From assembly GCA_963771355.1 (NCBI GenBank), contig CAVYTA010000006.1, positions 2,112,001 through 2,176,000 on the forward strand: a stretch of DNA of 64,000 nucleotides, in the 5' to 3' direction. The notes beneath the pieces were generated by a model. The model was not told where the DNA came from. It did not search any database and saw only the letters and a list, made by a program, of their open reading frames with translations. Below, in pieces: positions 10,685 through 20,959 of the stretch. Made by a program: the position numbers and the translations under genes. The DNA comes from an uncultured Candidatus Rokubacteria bacterium (GTDB taxonomy: Bacteria; Methylomirabilota; Methylomirabilia; Rokubacteriales; CSP1-6). Within the stretch, counting starts at the first letter, position 1, and each line of letters begins with the position of its first letter.

Positions 10685-12019
10685 GTGTTCCACAAGATCC
10701 TCATCGCGAACCGGGGCGAGATCGCGCTCCGGGTCCTCCGGACCTGCCGCGAGATGGGTATCCGCACGGTGGTGGCTCACTCCACCGCGGATGCCGACTC
10801 CCTGCCCGTCCGGCTCGCCGACGAGTCCATCTGCATCGGACCTCCGGAGTCGCGCGCGAGCTATCTCAACATTCCCAGTATCATCTCCGCTGCCTCCATC
10901 ACCGACAGCGAGGCCATCCATCCCGGCTACGGCCTCCTCTCGGAGAACGCGGCCTTCGCGGAGATCTGCCGCGCCTGCGGCATCACGTTCATCGGCCCCT
11001 CGCCGGAGGCCATTCGCCTCATGGGCGACAAGGCGCAGGCGCGCGAGATGGCCAAGGCGGCAGGGGCGCCGGTGGTGCCGGGCAGCGAGGGGCCGCTCCA
11101 CGGGGTGGACGAAGCGCAGGAGCTGGGCGATCGCCTCGGCTACCCGGTGATGCTCAAGGCCGCCGCCGGCGGCGGCGGGCGCGGCATGCGGATCGTGCGC
11201 GCGCGGGACGAGCTCCCCCGTGCCTTCGCCACCTGTCAGGCAGAGGCCCAGAAGGCGTTCTCCTCCTCCGAGCTCTACCTCGAGAAGTTCGTGGACGAGG
11301 CGCGGCACGTGGAGGTGCAGGTGCTGGGCGACCGGAACGGCATCCGGATACACCTGGGCGAGCGCGACTGCTCCGTGCAGCGGCGGCACCAGAAGCTCGT
11401 CGAGGAATCCCCCGCGTCCTCCATCTCCGCCGAGACGCGCGCGGGCCTCTACCGGGCCGCCCTCGCGGTAGCCAATGCCGTCAACTACGTCTCCGCCGGC
11501 ACCGTGGAATTCCTCGTCGCGCGCGACGGCAGCTTCTACTTCATCGAGATGAACACGCGCATCCAGGTCGAGCATCCGGTGACCGAGCTGCTCACCGGGC
11601 TGGACATCGTGCGGGAGCAGATCCGCATCGCCGCCGGGGAGCCGCTGGGCTACAAGCAGGACGCCGTCCGCTTCGTCGGGCACGCGCTCGAGTGCCGGAT
11701 CAACGCCGAGGATCCGGAGACCTTCGTCCCGTCGCCGGGACGCGTGACCGTCTGGGTGCCGCCGGGGGGCCGCAACGTCCGCGTGGACAGCCACCTTCTG
11801 ACGGGCTACACGGTGCCCCCGCACTACGATTCCCTCGTGGCCAAGATCATCGTCCACGGGACGGATCGCGCGGACGCCATCGCGCGCATGCAGCGCGCGC
11901 TCGCCGAGACGCTGATCGAGGGGGTCAAGACCACCATCCCCTATCACCAGAAGCTCCTCTCCGACCCCGCCTTCGTCTCGGGGGAGTTCACCCTGCCCCG
12001 CCTCGAGCAGTCGCTGTAG
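10685..12019 (+). CDS. accC: Acetyl-CoA carboxylase biotin carboxylase
   Basis: KILIANRGEIA, HPGYG, GGGGRGMR, RDCSVQRRHQK and EMNTRIQVEH motifs. Confidence 0.97.
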   Translation: MFHKILIANRGEIALRVLRTCREMGIRTVVAHSTADADSLPVRLADESICIGPPESRASYLNIPSIISAASITDSEAIHPGYGLLSENAAFAEICRACGITFIGPSPEAIRLMGDKAQAREMAKAAGAPVVPGSEGPLHGVDEAQELGDRLGYPVMLKAAAGGGGRGMRIVRARDELPRAFATCQAEAQKAFSSSELYLEKFVDEARHVEVQVLGDRNGIRIHLGERDCSVQRRHQKLVEESPASSISAETRAGLYRAALAVANAVNYVSAGTVEFLVARDGSFYFIEMNTRIQVEHPVTELLTGLDIVREQIRIAAGEPLGYKQDAVRFVGHALECRINAEDPETFVPSPGRVTVWVPPGGRNVRVDSHLLTGYTVPPHYDSLVAKIIVHGTDRADAIARMQRALAETLIEGVKTTIPYHQKLLSDPAFVSGEFTLPRLEQSL

Positions 12020-12028
12020 CCCGCGTCC

Positions 12029-12673
12029 GTGCCGCTGCCGTCGCCGCTGTACGTGATCCTCGACCGCGAGGTCGCGCGCGGACGCCCCCTGCCGGAGCTC
12101 CTGGACGCGGTGCTGGAGGGCGGTGGCCGCCTGGTGCAGCTCCGGGACAAGACCCTGCCCATGGCGGAGCTCCTGCCGCTGGCCCGAGCCCTCCGGGCCC
12201 GCTGTCGGGCGGTGGGGGCCCACTTCATCGTGAACGACCGCGCCGACCTCGCCCTCGCCGCGGAGGCGGACGGCCTCCATGTGGGGCAGGAGGATCTCCC
12301 CGCCTCCGCCGCGCGGCGCCTCCTGCGCCCCGGCATGACCCTCGGGGTCTCCACCCACGACGAGCCCCAGGCCCGCCAGGCCGTCGCGGACGGGGCCGAC
12401 TACGTCGCCGTCGGCAGCATGTTCCCCACCGGGAGCAAGACGGGCTTCCAGCTGGTCGGCCCCGCCCTGCTCCGGCAGGTGCGCCCCCTGATCTCCGTCC
12501 CCCTGGTCGCCATCGGGGGGATCACGGAGGCCAATGTCGGCGAGGTGATCCGGGCGGGGGCGGACGCGGTGGCGGTCATCTCGGCGGTGTGCGCGGCCCC
12601 GGATCCCGCGGCCGCAACCGCGCGTTTCATTGAGGCCATCGCCCGGGCCCGCGCCCGAGGGCCCGAACATTGA
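12029..12673 (+). CDS. thiE: Thiamine-phosphate synthase
   Basis: VQLRDK, IVNDR.DLA, GLHVGQED, GVSTH, FPTGSK and VAIGGI motifs. Confidence 0.93.
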   Translation: MPLPSPLYVILDREVARGRPLPELLDAVLEGGGRLVQLRDKTLPMAELLPLARALRARCRAVGAHFIVNDRADLALAAEADGLHVGQEDLPASAARRLLRPGMTLGVSTHDEPQARQAVADGADYVAVGSMFPTGSKTGFQLVGPALLRQVRPLISVPLVAIGGITEANVGEVIRAGADAVAVISAVCAAPDPAAATARFIEAIARARARGPEH

Positions 12674-12697
12674 CGGAGGGGCAAAAACCGTTATAAT
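12670..12697 (+). promoter_or_regulatory. Sigma70 promoter of the liv operon (TTGACG-16-TATAAT)
   Basis: Near-perfect -35 and perfect -10 in an AT-rich intergenic stretch. SD GGAGG precedes ATG 12745. Confidence 0.7.
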
Positions 12698-12744
12698 GCC
12701 CTCGCCTTTAACCTAACTCGCGGTTGTCTTGGAGGAGTGAAGCA

Positions 12745-13947
12745 ATGAGAAACGCACGATTCCGGTTCGTCCTTGTCGCGCTGGCGGCCCTCGCGCTGGT
12801 ACTACCGTGGAGCGACGAGGTACCCGCCCAGTCCAAGGGCACGATCAAGATCGCGACCCAGAGCCCGCTGTCCGGCGGGCAGGCGGCGCTCGGGGAAGGA
12901 ATCAAGCTCGGCACCCAGCTCGCGGTGGACAAGATGAAGGGCCCGCTGGAGAAGATGGGCTTCAAGGTCGAGCTGGTGCCGTTCGACGACCAGGCCAAGC
13001 CCGACGTCGGCGTCGCCAACGCGGCCAACATCATCGCCGACAAGGACATCCTCCTCGTCGTCGGGCACCTGAACTCGGGCGTCGCCATCCCGTCCTCCGA
13101 GAAATACAAGGAGTCGCAGCTGGCGATGATCTCCCCCGCCAACACCAACCCCACCATCACCGACCGCAACTACCTCAACGTGAGCCGCGTGTGCGGGCGT
13201 GACGACGTGCAGGGCGTGGTGGGCGCCGAGTTCGCCCAGTCCAAGGGCTGGAAGACGGCGTACGTGATCCACGACAAGACCACCTACGGTCAGGGCGTGG
13301 CGGAGTTTTTCAAGGCCGACGCGGAGAAAAAGGGCATCAAGGTGCTGGGCTTCGAGGGCACCGAGGAGAAGTCGAACTTCGACCCCATCCTCACCCCGGT
13401 CAAGGCCAAGAACCCGGACCTGATCTACTTCGGCGGCATCTACGACCAGGCGGCGCCGTTCTTCAAGCAGGCGCGCGAGAAGGGCATCAAGGCGACCTTC
13501 ATGGGGCCGGACGGCATGGACTCGTCTGACCTCACCAAGATCGCGGGCCCGGCGGTGAAGGGTATGTTCTACACGTCGGTGGCCGGTCCGGTGACGGTGT
13601 ACAAGGACGCGGCGGCCTTCGCCAAGGAATACAAGGACAAGTTCAAGAAAGACCCCGAGCCGTTCGCCGCGCAGGCCTATGACGCCGCCGTCATCGGCAT
13701 GAAGGGGATCGAGGCCGCGGCCAAGGGCGCGGGCGGCAAGGTGCCCAGCCGCGAGCAGGTCTCGGTGGCCGTCCGCAAGACCAAGCACACCGGCCTCACC
13801 GGTGCCGTGGAGTTCGACGACAAGGGTGATCCCAAGAAGGCCCTCTACTTCGTGCTCCAGGTGGCCTCCGAGGATCCGGCCAAGTGGGGCGAGAACAAGG
13901 CGATCAAGACGCTGTCCATCGCGGCTCCGCCGCTGAAGAAGCCCTAA
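12745..13947 (+). CDS. Branched-chain amino acid-type ABC transporter substrate-binding protein (LivK/LivJ family)
   Basis: Signal peptide; PLSG..A..G, DD..KP, VVGHLNSG and YGQG motifs; heads a livHMGF set. Confidence 0.9.
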   Translation: MRNARFRFVLVALAALALVLPWSDEVPAQSKGTIKIATQSPLSGGQAALGEGIKLGTQLAVDKMKGPLEKMGFKVELVPFDDQAKPDVGVANAANIIADKDILLVVGHLNSGVAIPSSEKYKESQLAMISPANTNPTITDRNYLNVSRVCGRDDVQGVVGAEFAQSKGWKTAYVIHDKTTYGQGVAEFFKADAEKKGIKVLGFEGTEEKSNFDPILTPVKAKNPDLIYFGGIYDQAAPFFKQAREKGIKATFMGPDGMDSSDLTKIAGPAVKGMFYTSVAGPVTVYKDAAAFAKEYKDKFKKDPEPFAAQAYDAAVIGMKGIEAAAKGAGGKVPSREQVSVAVRKTKHTGLTGAVEFDDKGDPKKALYFVLQVASEDPAKWGENKAIKTLSIAAPPLKKP

Positions 13948-13966
13948 GCATCCGAATGCACCCTCG

Positions 13967-14003
13967 AAGGGGAGGGGCCGGCTAGCGGCCCCTCCCCTTT
14001 TTT
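13967..14003 (+). terminator. Intrinsic terminator-like hairpin between the SBP and permease genes
   Basis: Perfect 14-bp stem aaggggaggggccg / cggcccctcccctt with a 5-nt loop and a T-run. Probably sets the SBP:permease expression ratio. Confidence 0.8.
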
Positions 14004-14018
14004 GGTTTTCGGCGTTTC

Positions 14019-14990
14019 ATGGACTTCGATCTCCTCATCGGGATCTTCCCGCAGGTTCTCCTCGACGGCCTGATCCTGGGCTTCATGTACGCCCTGATCG
14101 CGCTGGGGTACACCATGGTCTACGGTGTGCTCGAGTTCATCAACTTCGCCCACTCCGAGATCTTCGTGGTGGGCGCCTTCGTGGGCGTCGAGGTGCTCCT
14201 CACCTTCAAGGCCCTGGGGCTGCTCGAAGTCCTCTCGCCGTTCCTCGTCCTGATCGTGGTACTGCTGGTGGGCATGCTCGCGAGCGGGCTGCTCGCGGTG
14301 ACGGTGGAGCGCGTCGCCTACCGCCCGCTCCGCGGCGCGCCTCGTTTGATCCCGTTGATCTCCGCCATTGGCGTTTCGTTCTTCCTGCAGGACGCGGTCC
14401 GCCTCTTCGAGAGCATCTGGCGGAACGCCTTCAACCTCGTGTACCCGACGATGGATACCTTGAACCTCCGGTTCAACTTGACCGAGACCATCGACGTGTC
14501 GGTGAAGTCGCTGGTGGTGATCGTGGCCTCGCTGCTCATGCTCTGGGGGCTCCACGCCCTCGTGAACCGGACCAAGATCGGCAAGGCCATCCGCGCGGTG
14601 GCGGAGGACCAGTCCACCGCGAGCCTCATGGGCATCAACGTGAATCGCATGATCTCGCTGACGTTCCTCATCGGCGGCGCCATGGGCGGGGCGGCGGGCG
14701 TGCTCTTCGGCGTGCAGTACAGCCTGGTGAATCCCTACACGGGATTCATTCCCGGGCTCAAGGCCTTCACCGCCGCCGTGCTGGGCGGCATCGGCAACAT
14801 CCCGGGCGCCATGCTGGGCGGGCTCGTGCTGGGCCTGCTGGAGGCCTTCGCGGCGTCCTACCTGTCGCTGCTCACCGGCGGGGCCTTCGGGGCCGAGTAC
14901 AAGGATATCTTCGCCTTCTCCATCCTCATCCTCATCCTGATCTTCCGGCCCAAGGGTCTCCTCGGCGAAGTGGTCCGGGAGCGCGCCTGA
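14019..14990 (+). CDS. livH: BCAA-type ABC transporter permease LivH
   Basis: YALIALGYTMVYG..INFAH, GKAIRAVAED and KAFTAAVLGGIG motifs. Confidence 0.93.
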   Translation: MDFDLLIGIFPQVLLDGLILGFMYALIALGYTMVYGVLEFINFAHSEIFVVGAFVGVEVLLTFKALGLLEVLSPFLVLIVVLLVGMLASGLLAVTVERVAYRPLRGAPRLIPLISAIGVSFFLQDAVRLFESIWRNAFNLVYPTMDTLNLRFNLTETIDVSVKSLVVIVASLLMLWGLHALVNRTKIGKAIRAVAEDQSTASLMGINVNRMISLTFLIGGAMGGAAGVLFGVQYSLVNPYTGFIPGLKAFTAAVLGGIGNIPGAMLGGLVLGLLEAFAASYLSLLTGGAFGAEYKDIFAFSILILILIFRPKGLLGEVVRERA

Positions 14991-15066
14991 AGGGCGAGGC
15001 GCAGCCGAAGGCGAGACGAGCGAAAATGGAAATGGGTTCCCGAGCGGAGCGAGGGCGGGTCAGGAC

Positions 15067-16344
15067 GTGATCAAACATCTCCTCGACCGTCCACCCACCG
15101 CCATCGCCATCTCGATAGGGCTGCTGGCCGTCACCGCCTACTCGGTCTCGCACTTCCCGCGCTCGATCGTCGCCTTCATGCTTTTCCAGGCCTCGATCCT
15201 GGTGCTCTACTTCGCGCGGATGCCCGGGCCGCTGAAGGCGCTCCTGACCGCGGGCACGCTGGGCGTGCTCATGCCCGTGCTCGGCAGCATCAACGGCTAT
15301 TACCTGGAAATCGTCATCCAGGTGGGCATCTTCGTGGCGCTCGCGCTCGGGCTCAATATCGTGGTCGGGCTGGCCGGTCTGCTCGACCTCGGCTACGTAG
15401 CCTTCTTCGCGGTGGGCGCCTACACCTGGGCCGTCTTCGGCTCGCCCCAGGCCAACCAGTTCATCGCCGGCGGATTCTTCCCCCTCCCCCAAGCCTGGTT
15501 CTTCCTCTTCCTCCTGCTCGGGGTGGGGGTGGCGGCGGGCGCGGGCATCCTCCTCGGGCTGCCCGTCCTTCGGCTGCACGGCGACTACCTCGCCATCGTG
15601 ACGCTGGGGTTCGGCGAGGTGATCCGCGTCCTCGCCAACAACCTCGACAAGCCCATCAACTTCACCAACGGGCCCAAGGGCATCACGCCCATCTCACGGC
15701 CGCCCATTTTCTTCGAGCCGGCGCTGCGCGCGATCGGCATCGACCCCAATCCCAACCTGATCTATCCGCTCTACCTCTATTTCATCGTGCTCGCCATCGT
15801 GGGCGTGACCGTGCTGGTGAATCGCCGACTCGAGGACTCGCACATCGGCCGGGCCTGGGAGGCCATCCGTGAGGACCAGACGGCGGCCCAGGCCATGGGG
15901 GTGCCGCTGGTGCGGATGAAGCTCCTCGCCTTCGCGTGCGGCGCGTCCTTCGCGGGCGCGGTGGGCGTGCTCTTCTCCGCCAAGCAGGTATTCATCAACC
16001 CCGAGTCCTTCACCTTCATGGAGTCCATCGGGGTGCTGGCCATGGTGATCCTGGGCGGGATGGGCTCCATTCCGGGCGCCATCCTCGGCGCCACCGTGGT
16101 CACGGTGCTCAACCTGCAGGTGCTCAAGGGCTTGTCCCTCTGGCTCAACGAGCTGCGCAACGCCGGGACCACCATCTTCGGCTGGAGCCTCACCAACTGG
16201 CCCACCCAGCTCGAGCCCGCCAAGTACGAGCGGATGGTGTTCGGCCTGATCCTCGTGCTCATGATGATCTTCCGGCCCCAGGGCATCCTCCCTGCGCGCC
16301 GGCGCCAGCGGGAGCTCACGGACGGCTCGAGCGAGCCCCGGTAG
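15067..16344 (+). CDS. livM: BCAA-type ABC transporter permease LivM
   Basis: GLNIVVGLAGLLDLGY, LRLHGDYLAIVTLGFGE, GRAWEAIRED and RPQG motifs. Confidence 0.93.
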   Translation: MIKHLLDRPPTAIAISIGLLAVTAYSVSHFPRSIVAFMLFQASILVLYFARMPGPLKALLTAGTLGVLMPVLGSINGYYLEIVIQVGIFVALALGLNIVVGLAGLLDLGYVAFFAVGAYTWAVFGSPQANQFIAGGFFPLPQAWFFLFLLLGVGVAAGAGILLGLPVLRLHGDYLAIVTLGFGEVIRVLANNLDKPINFTNGPKGITPISRPPIFFEPALRAIGIDPNPNLIYPLYLYFIVLAIVGVTVLVNRRLEDSHIGRAWEAIREDQTAAQAMGVPLVRMKLLAFACGASFAGAVGVLFSAKQVFINPESFTFMESIGVLAMVILGGMGSIPGAILGATVVTVLNLQVLKGLSLWLNELRNAGTTIFGWSLTNWPTQLEPAKYERMVFGLILVLMMIFRPQGILPARRRQRELTDGSSEPR

Positions 16345-16348
16345 CAGC

Positions 16349-17138
16349 ATGGGCATCATCCTCGAGGCCCGCGGCATCACCAAGCGCTTCGGCGGGCTCA
16401 CCGCCCTCGACTCCATCGACTTCACCCTGGAAGAAGGCCACATCGCCTCGATCATCGGTCCCAACGGGGCCGGCAAGACCACCTTCTTCAACGTCTTCAC
16501 CGGCATCTACGTGCCCGAGGAAGGCGTGGTCACCTTCAAGGGCACCCCCCTGCTCGGCAAGCGCCCCGACCAGATCACCGCGCTCGGCATCTGCCGGACC
16601 TTCCAGAACATCCGCTTGTTCTCGAACATGACCGCGGTGGAGAACGTGCTGGTCGGCATGCACAGCCGCGTGGCCCTGGGTCTCTGGGACGTGCTGGGGC
16701 GCGGACCGCGCTGGACGCGGACGGAGCAGGCGCTCTGGGAACGGGCCGCCGAGCTCCTGTCCCTGGTGGGCCTGCGGGCCAAGGCCAATGAGGTGGCGCG
16801 TAATCTCCCCTACGGCGATCAGCGCCGGCTCGAGATCGGGCGCGCGCTGGCCTCCCGCCCCTCGGTGCTGCTGCTCGACGAGCCGACCGCGGGCATGACG
16901 CAGGGCGAGGCGCGCGGGCTCATGGATCTCCTCCGCCGGCTCGTGCGCGAGCTGGCCCTCACCGTGCTGCTCATCGAGCACAACATGCGCGTGGTCATGG
17001 CGGTGTCCGACCACGTCACCGTGCTCGACTACGGGCAGAAGATCGCCGAGGGCATCCCCGCCGAGGTACAGCGGAATCCGCGGGTGATCGAGGCGTATCT
17101 CGGGCGGAGGAAGCCCGCGGTGACACCGGGAGCGGCCG

Positions 17139-17146
<8 letters not shown>
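16349..17146 (+). CDS. livG: BCAA-type ABC transporter ATPase LivG
   Basis: KRFGGL.A, GPNGAGKTT, RTFQNIRLF, LPYG.QRRLEI, LDEP and VIEAYLG motifs. Confidence 0.93.
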
Positions 17147-17869
<723 letters not shown>

Positions 17870-17873
<4 letters not shown>

Positions 17874-18331
17874 GAACCCAGGGACTGACGTACGAGGACC
17901 ATCAGGTCGGGGCCAGGTACGAGACCCTCGCCCGGACCGTCTCGGAGGCCGACATCTGCGCCTACGTGAACCTCTGCGGCTTCAACGAGCCGCTCTTCTA
18001 CGACATGGAGTACGTGGCGCGCGAGTCGGTCTTCAAGGGCAAGCCCTCGCCGGGGGCGTTCACCTTCTCGCTCTCCGAGGGGCTGATCATGCAGACGGGC
18101 CTGATCCACGGCACCGGCATGTCCTATCTCGGCGGGGAGATCCGCATCGTGTCGCCGGTACTGGCGGGCGACACCATCCGCGTCACCGTCACCATCTCGG
18201 ACAAGCGCGAGACCAAGAAGCCCGACCGCGGCATCGTGACGTACACGCATACGGTCACGAATCAACGTGGAGACGTGGTGCTGGAGGCGCAGGTCAAGCG
18301 CATGATCAAGCGGGCTCCCGCGAAGGCGTGA
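17870..18331 (+). CDS. MaoC-family (hot-dog fold) dehydratase
   Basis: RTVSEADI, PV..GDTI and V.NQRG..V motifs; translationally coupled to livF. Confidence 0.8.
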
Positions 18332-19305
18332 TGCGCGTCCTCGGCGGAGAGGACCTCGAGCGGCTCCTCGCCCCGGCCGACGTGATCCGCGCGGTGGAAG
18401 GGGCCTTCCGCGAGCACGCGGCCGGGCGCGCCCATACCCTGCCCCGCGCCGTCCTGCCCATGCGGGGCGCGGGACTCTTCCTCGCCATGGTGGGGAGCCT
18501 GCCCCGCCGGCGCGCGCTCGGCACCAAGCTCGTCACCGTGGTGGGGGCGAACCGCGGGCGCGGTCTTCCCACCCTCCACGCCACCTATCTCCTCACCGAC
18601 CCGGAGACGGGGGTGCCGCTGGCCCTCATGGAGGCGGGGTTCCTCACCGCCATCCGCACCGGAGCGGCCTCGGCCCTGGCCGCACGCTACCTGGCGCGGC
18701 GCGACAGCAAGGCCGTGGCCTGCTTCGGCGCGGGCGTGCAGGCCCGCTACCAGCTGCTCTGCCTCCAGGCGATATTCCCCGTCGAGCGGGTCAGCGTGGT
18801 GGGACGCTCGCCCGAGCGCGCCCGCGCCTTCGCCGCTCGCATGGCGCGCGAGCTCGGGATTCCCGTGGAGGCCACCCGCGACCGCCGCGCGGCGGTGGCG
18901 GGGGCCGACCTCGTCACCTGCGCCACCACCTCGCCCACCCCCGTCTTCGATGGCCGGGACGCCCGGCCCGGCACCCACGTGGACGCGGTAGGCGCGTTCC
19001 GGGCGACCACCAGGGAGGTGGACACCACGCTCGTGCGACGGGCCTACGTGGCGGTGGACACCTACGAGGGGGCGTGGGAGGAGGCGGGGGATCTCCTGAT
19101 CCCCATCAAGGCCGGCGCCATCACGCGCCGGCATGTCCGTGCCGACCTGGCCGAGCTGGTCTCCCGCCGGAAGCGGGGGCGGACCACGCGGGAGGAGATC
19201 ACCCTCTTCAAGTCCGTCGGCTTCGCCCTGGAAGATGCGGCCACCGCGCGCCTGGCTTATGATCGAGCCGTGGCGGCGAACGTCGGCACCGAGGTGGCGC
19301 TTTGA
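18328..19305 (+). CDS. Ornithine cyclodeaminase / mu-crystallin family imine reductase
   Basis: KLVTV..N, LTAIRTGAAS, FGAGVQA and FKSVG.ALED motifs. Confidence 0.9.
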   Translation: MMRVLGGEDLERLLAPADVIRAVEGAFREHAAGRAHTLPRAVLPMRGAGLFLAMVGSLPRRRALGTKLVTVVGANRGRGLPTLHATYLLTDPETGVPLALMEAGFLTAIRTGAASALAARYLARRDSKAVACFGAGVQARYQLLCLQAIFPVERVSVVGRSPERARAFAARMARELGIPVEATRDRRAAVAGADLVTCATTSPTPVFDGRDARPGTHVDAVGAFRATTREVDTTLVRRAYVAVDTYEGAWEEAGDLLIPIKAGAITRRHVRADLAELVSRRKRGRTTREEITLFKSVGFALEDAATARLAYDRAVAANVGTEVAL

Positions 19306-19772
19306 GCGAGTCCGGGCGCATCGTCCAGATCAGCGTCTCGCCGGGCGGTGTTCCCAAGCGCCCGGTCGAGTCGGCGGACGTCACGGCGGGCGGCGTGGCC
19401 GGCGATGCCCAGCGCGATCTCGAGCACCACGGTGGTCCCGACCGCGCGCTCTGCCTGTTCCCGATGGAGCTGATCCGCACGCTGCAGGCCGAGGGGCACC
19501 CCATCGCGCCCGGGCAGATCGGCGAGAACCTCACCGTGGAGGGGCTCGACTGGGACACGGTAGCGCCGGGAGTCCGCCTGCTCCTTGGCGAGGACGTCCT
19601 CGTGGAAGTCACCCGCTACACGAGCCCCTGCGGCAATATCCGCGCCGCGTTCACCGGGGGCAACTACGCGCGGGTCTCCCAGAAGCGGCACCCGGGCGCG
19701 AGCCGCGTCTACGCCCGCGTGCTCCGGACGGGAGCGATCCGTCGCGGCGACCCGGTCCGCCTCCTTCCGTGA
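19302..19772 (+). CDS. MOSC domain protein (YiiM-like)
   Basis: GGVPK, HGGPDRA, GENLT, PC and YARVL..G.I..GD motifs. Confidence 0.88.
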   Translation: MSESGRIVQISVSPGGVPKRPVESADVTAGGVAGDAQRDLEHHGGPDRALCLFPMELIRTLQAEGHPIAPGQIGENLTVEGLDWDTVAPGVRLLLGEDVLVEVTRYTSPCGNIRAAFTGGNYARVSQKRHPGASRVYARVLRTGAIRRGDPVRLLP

Positions 19773-20954
19773 CGACGCGCGCCGTCGACGCCATCATCAT
19801 CGGCGGAGGAATCACCGGCGTCTCCACCGCCTTCCAGCTCGCGGGGATGGGCCTCCGCCGGGTGCTCGTCCTCGAGAAAGCGTTCATCGGGGCGGGAGGC
19901 ACCGGCCGATCCGTCGGGATCATTCGCCAGCTGTATCCCACGCGGGAGACCAGCGAGATGGTGCTCCGCTCGCTCGCCGTCTTCGAGCGGTTCGGGGAGG
20001 CGGTGGGTGGATCCTCCGGCTTCGTCCGCTCCGGCGTCCTCATCGGCGTCTCCCCCGCGATGCGCCCGACCCTCGAAAGGACCCTCGCCCTCCAGCGCGC
20101 CGTGGGCATCCGCGCCGAGATCGTCGAGCCCGCCGATCTCTCCCGCATCGAGCCCCGCATCGACCCCACCGGCCTCGGCGCCCTCCTCTGGGAGCCGGGC
20201 TCCGGCTACGGCGATCCGTCCGCGGTGACGGCGGGCTATGCCGAGGCGGCGCGGAAGCGCGGTGCCGTCATCGAGCAGGGCGTGGAGGTGATCGCCATCC
20301 GCGAGGCGAGCGGGCGGGTGACCGGCGTCGACACGGCGGCGGGCGACCGCATCGACGCGCCCGTCGTGATCAATGCCGCCGGCCTGTGGTCGCCGCGCGT
20401 GGCGCGCCTGGCCGGGCACGAGCTCCCGATCATCATCGGTCGCCACCCCGTGTTCATCGTCGAGCGTGACGCGGCTTTCGGCCCCGCGCACACGGTGTAT
20501 CTCGACCTCGCCGGCGGCTCCTACGCGCGGCCCGAGACGGGCGGGCTCACCCTGACGGGCTCGCTCACCGACGACGAGACCGAGCATCCGATGGACGCCG
20601 ACCTCCTGGGCAGCGAGGCGGGCTTCGACGAGGCCAGCGCCGTGCTCGCCCGGACCGCGCGTGCCATCCCCGCGCTGGCGGACTCGCGCTTCAGCCGCGG
20701 CTATGCCGGGGCCTTCGACATCACCCCGGACTGGATGCCGATCCTCGACGAGTCGCCCCTGTCCGGCTTCTACGTCGCGGCGGGGATGTCGGGGCACGGC
20801 TTCAAGCTGGCGCCCGCGGTGGGGGAGATGATGGCGGCGCTGGTCACGGGCGCGCGCCCGCCGGTTTCCCTGGCGCCCTTCCGGCGGGGACGATTCGACG
20901 GTGCGCGGCGGCTCGGCCACCTTCGTGTCCTCCTACCTCGGCGTCGGAGGCTGA
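19769..20954 (+). CDS. FAD-dependent oxidoreductase (DAO / sarcosine oxidase beta family); frameshift near the 3' end
   Basis: IIGGGITG, GTGRSVG, NAAGLW, DITPDW.PI and GMSGHGFK motifs. The likely native end (TFVSSYLGVGG*) is in another frame after ~20905. Confidence 0.85.
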
Positions 20955-20959
20955 GCGCT

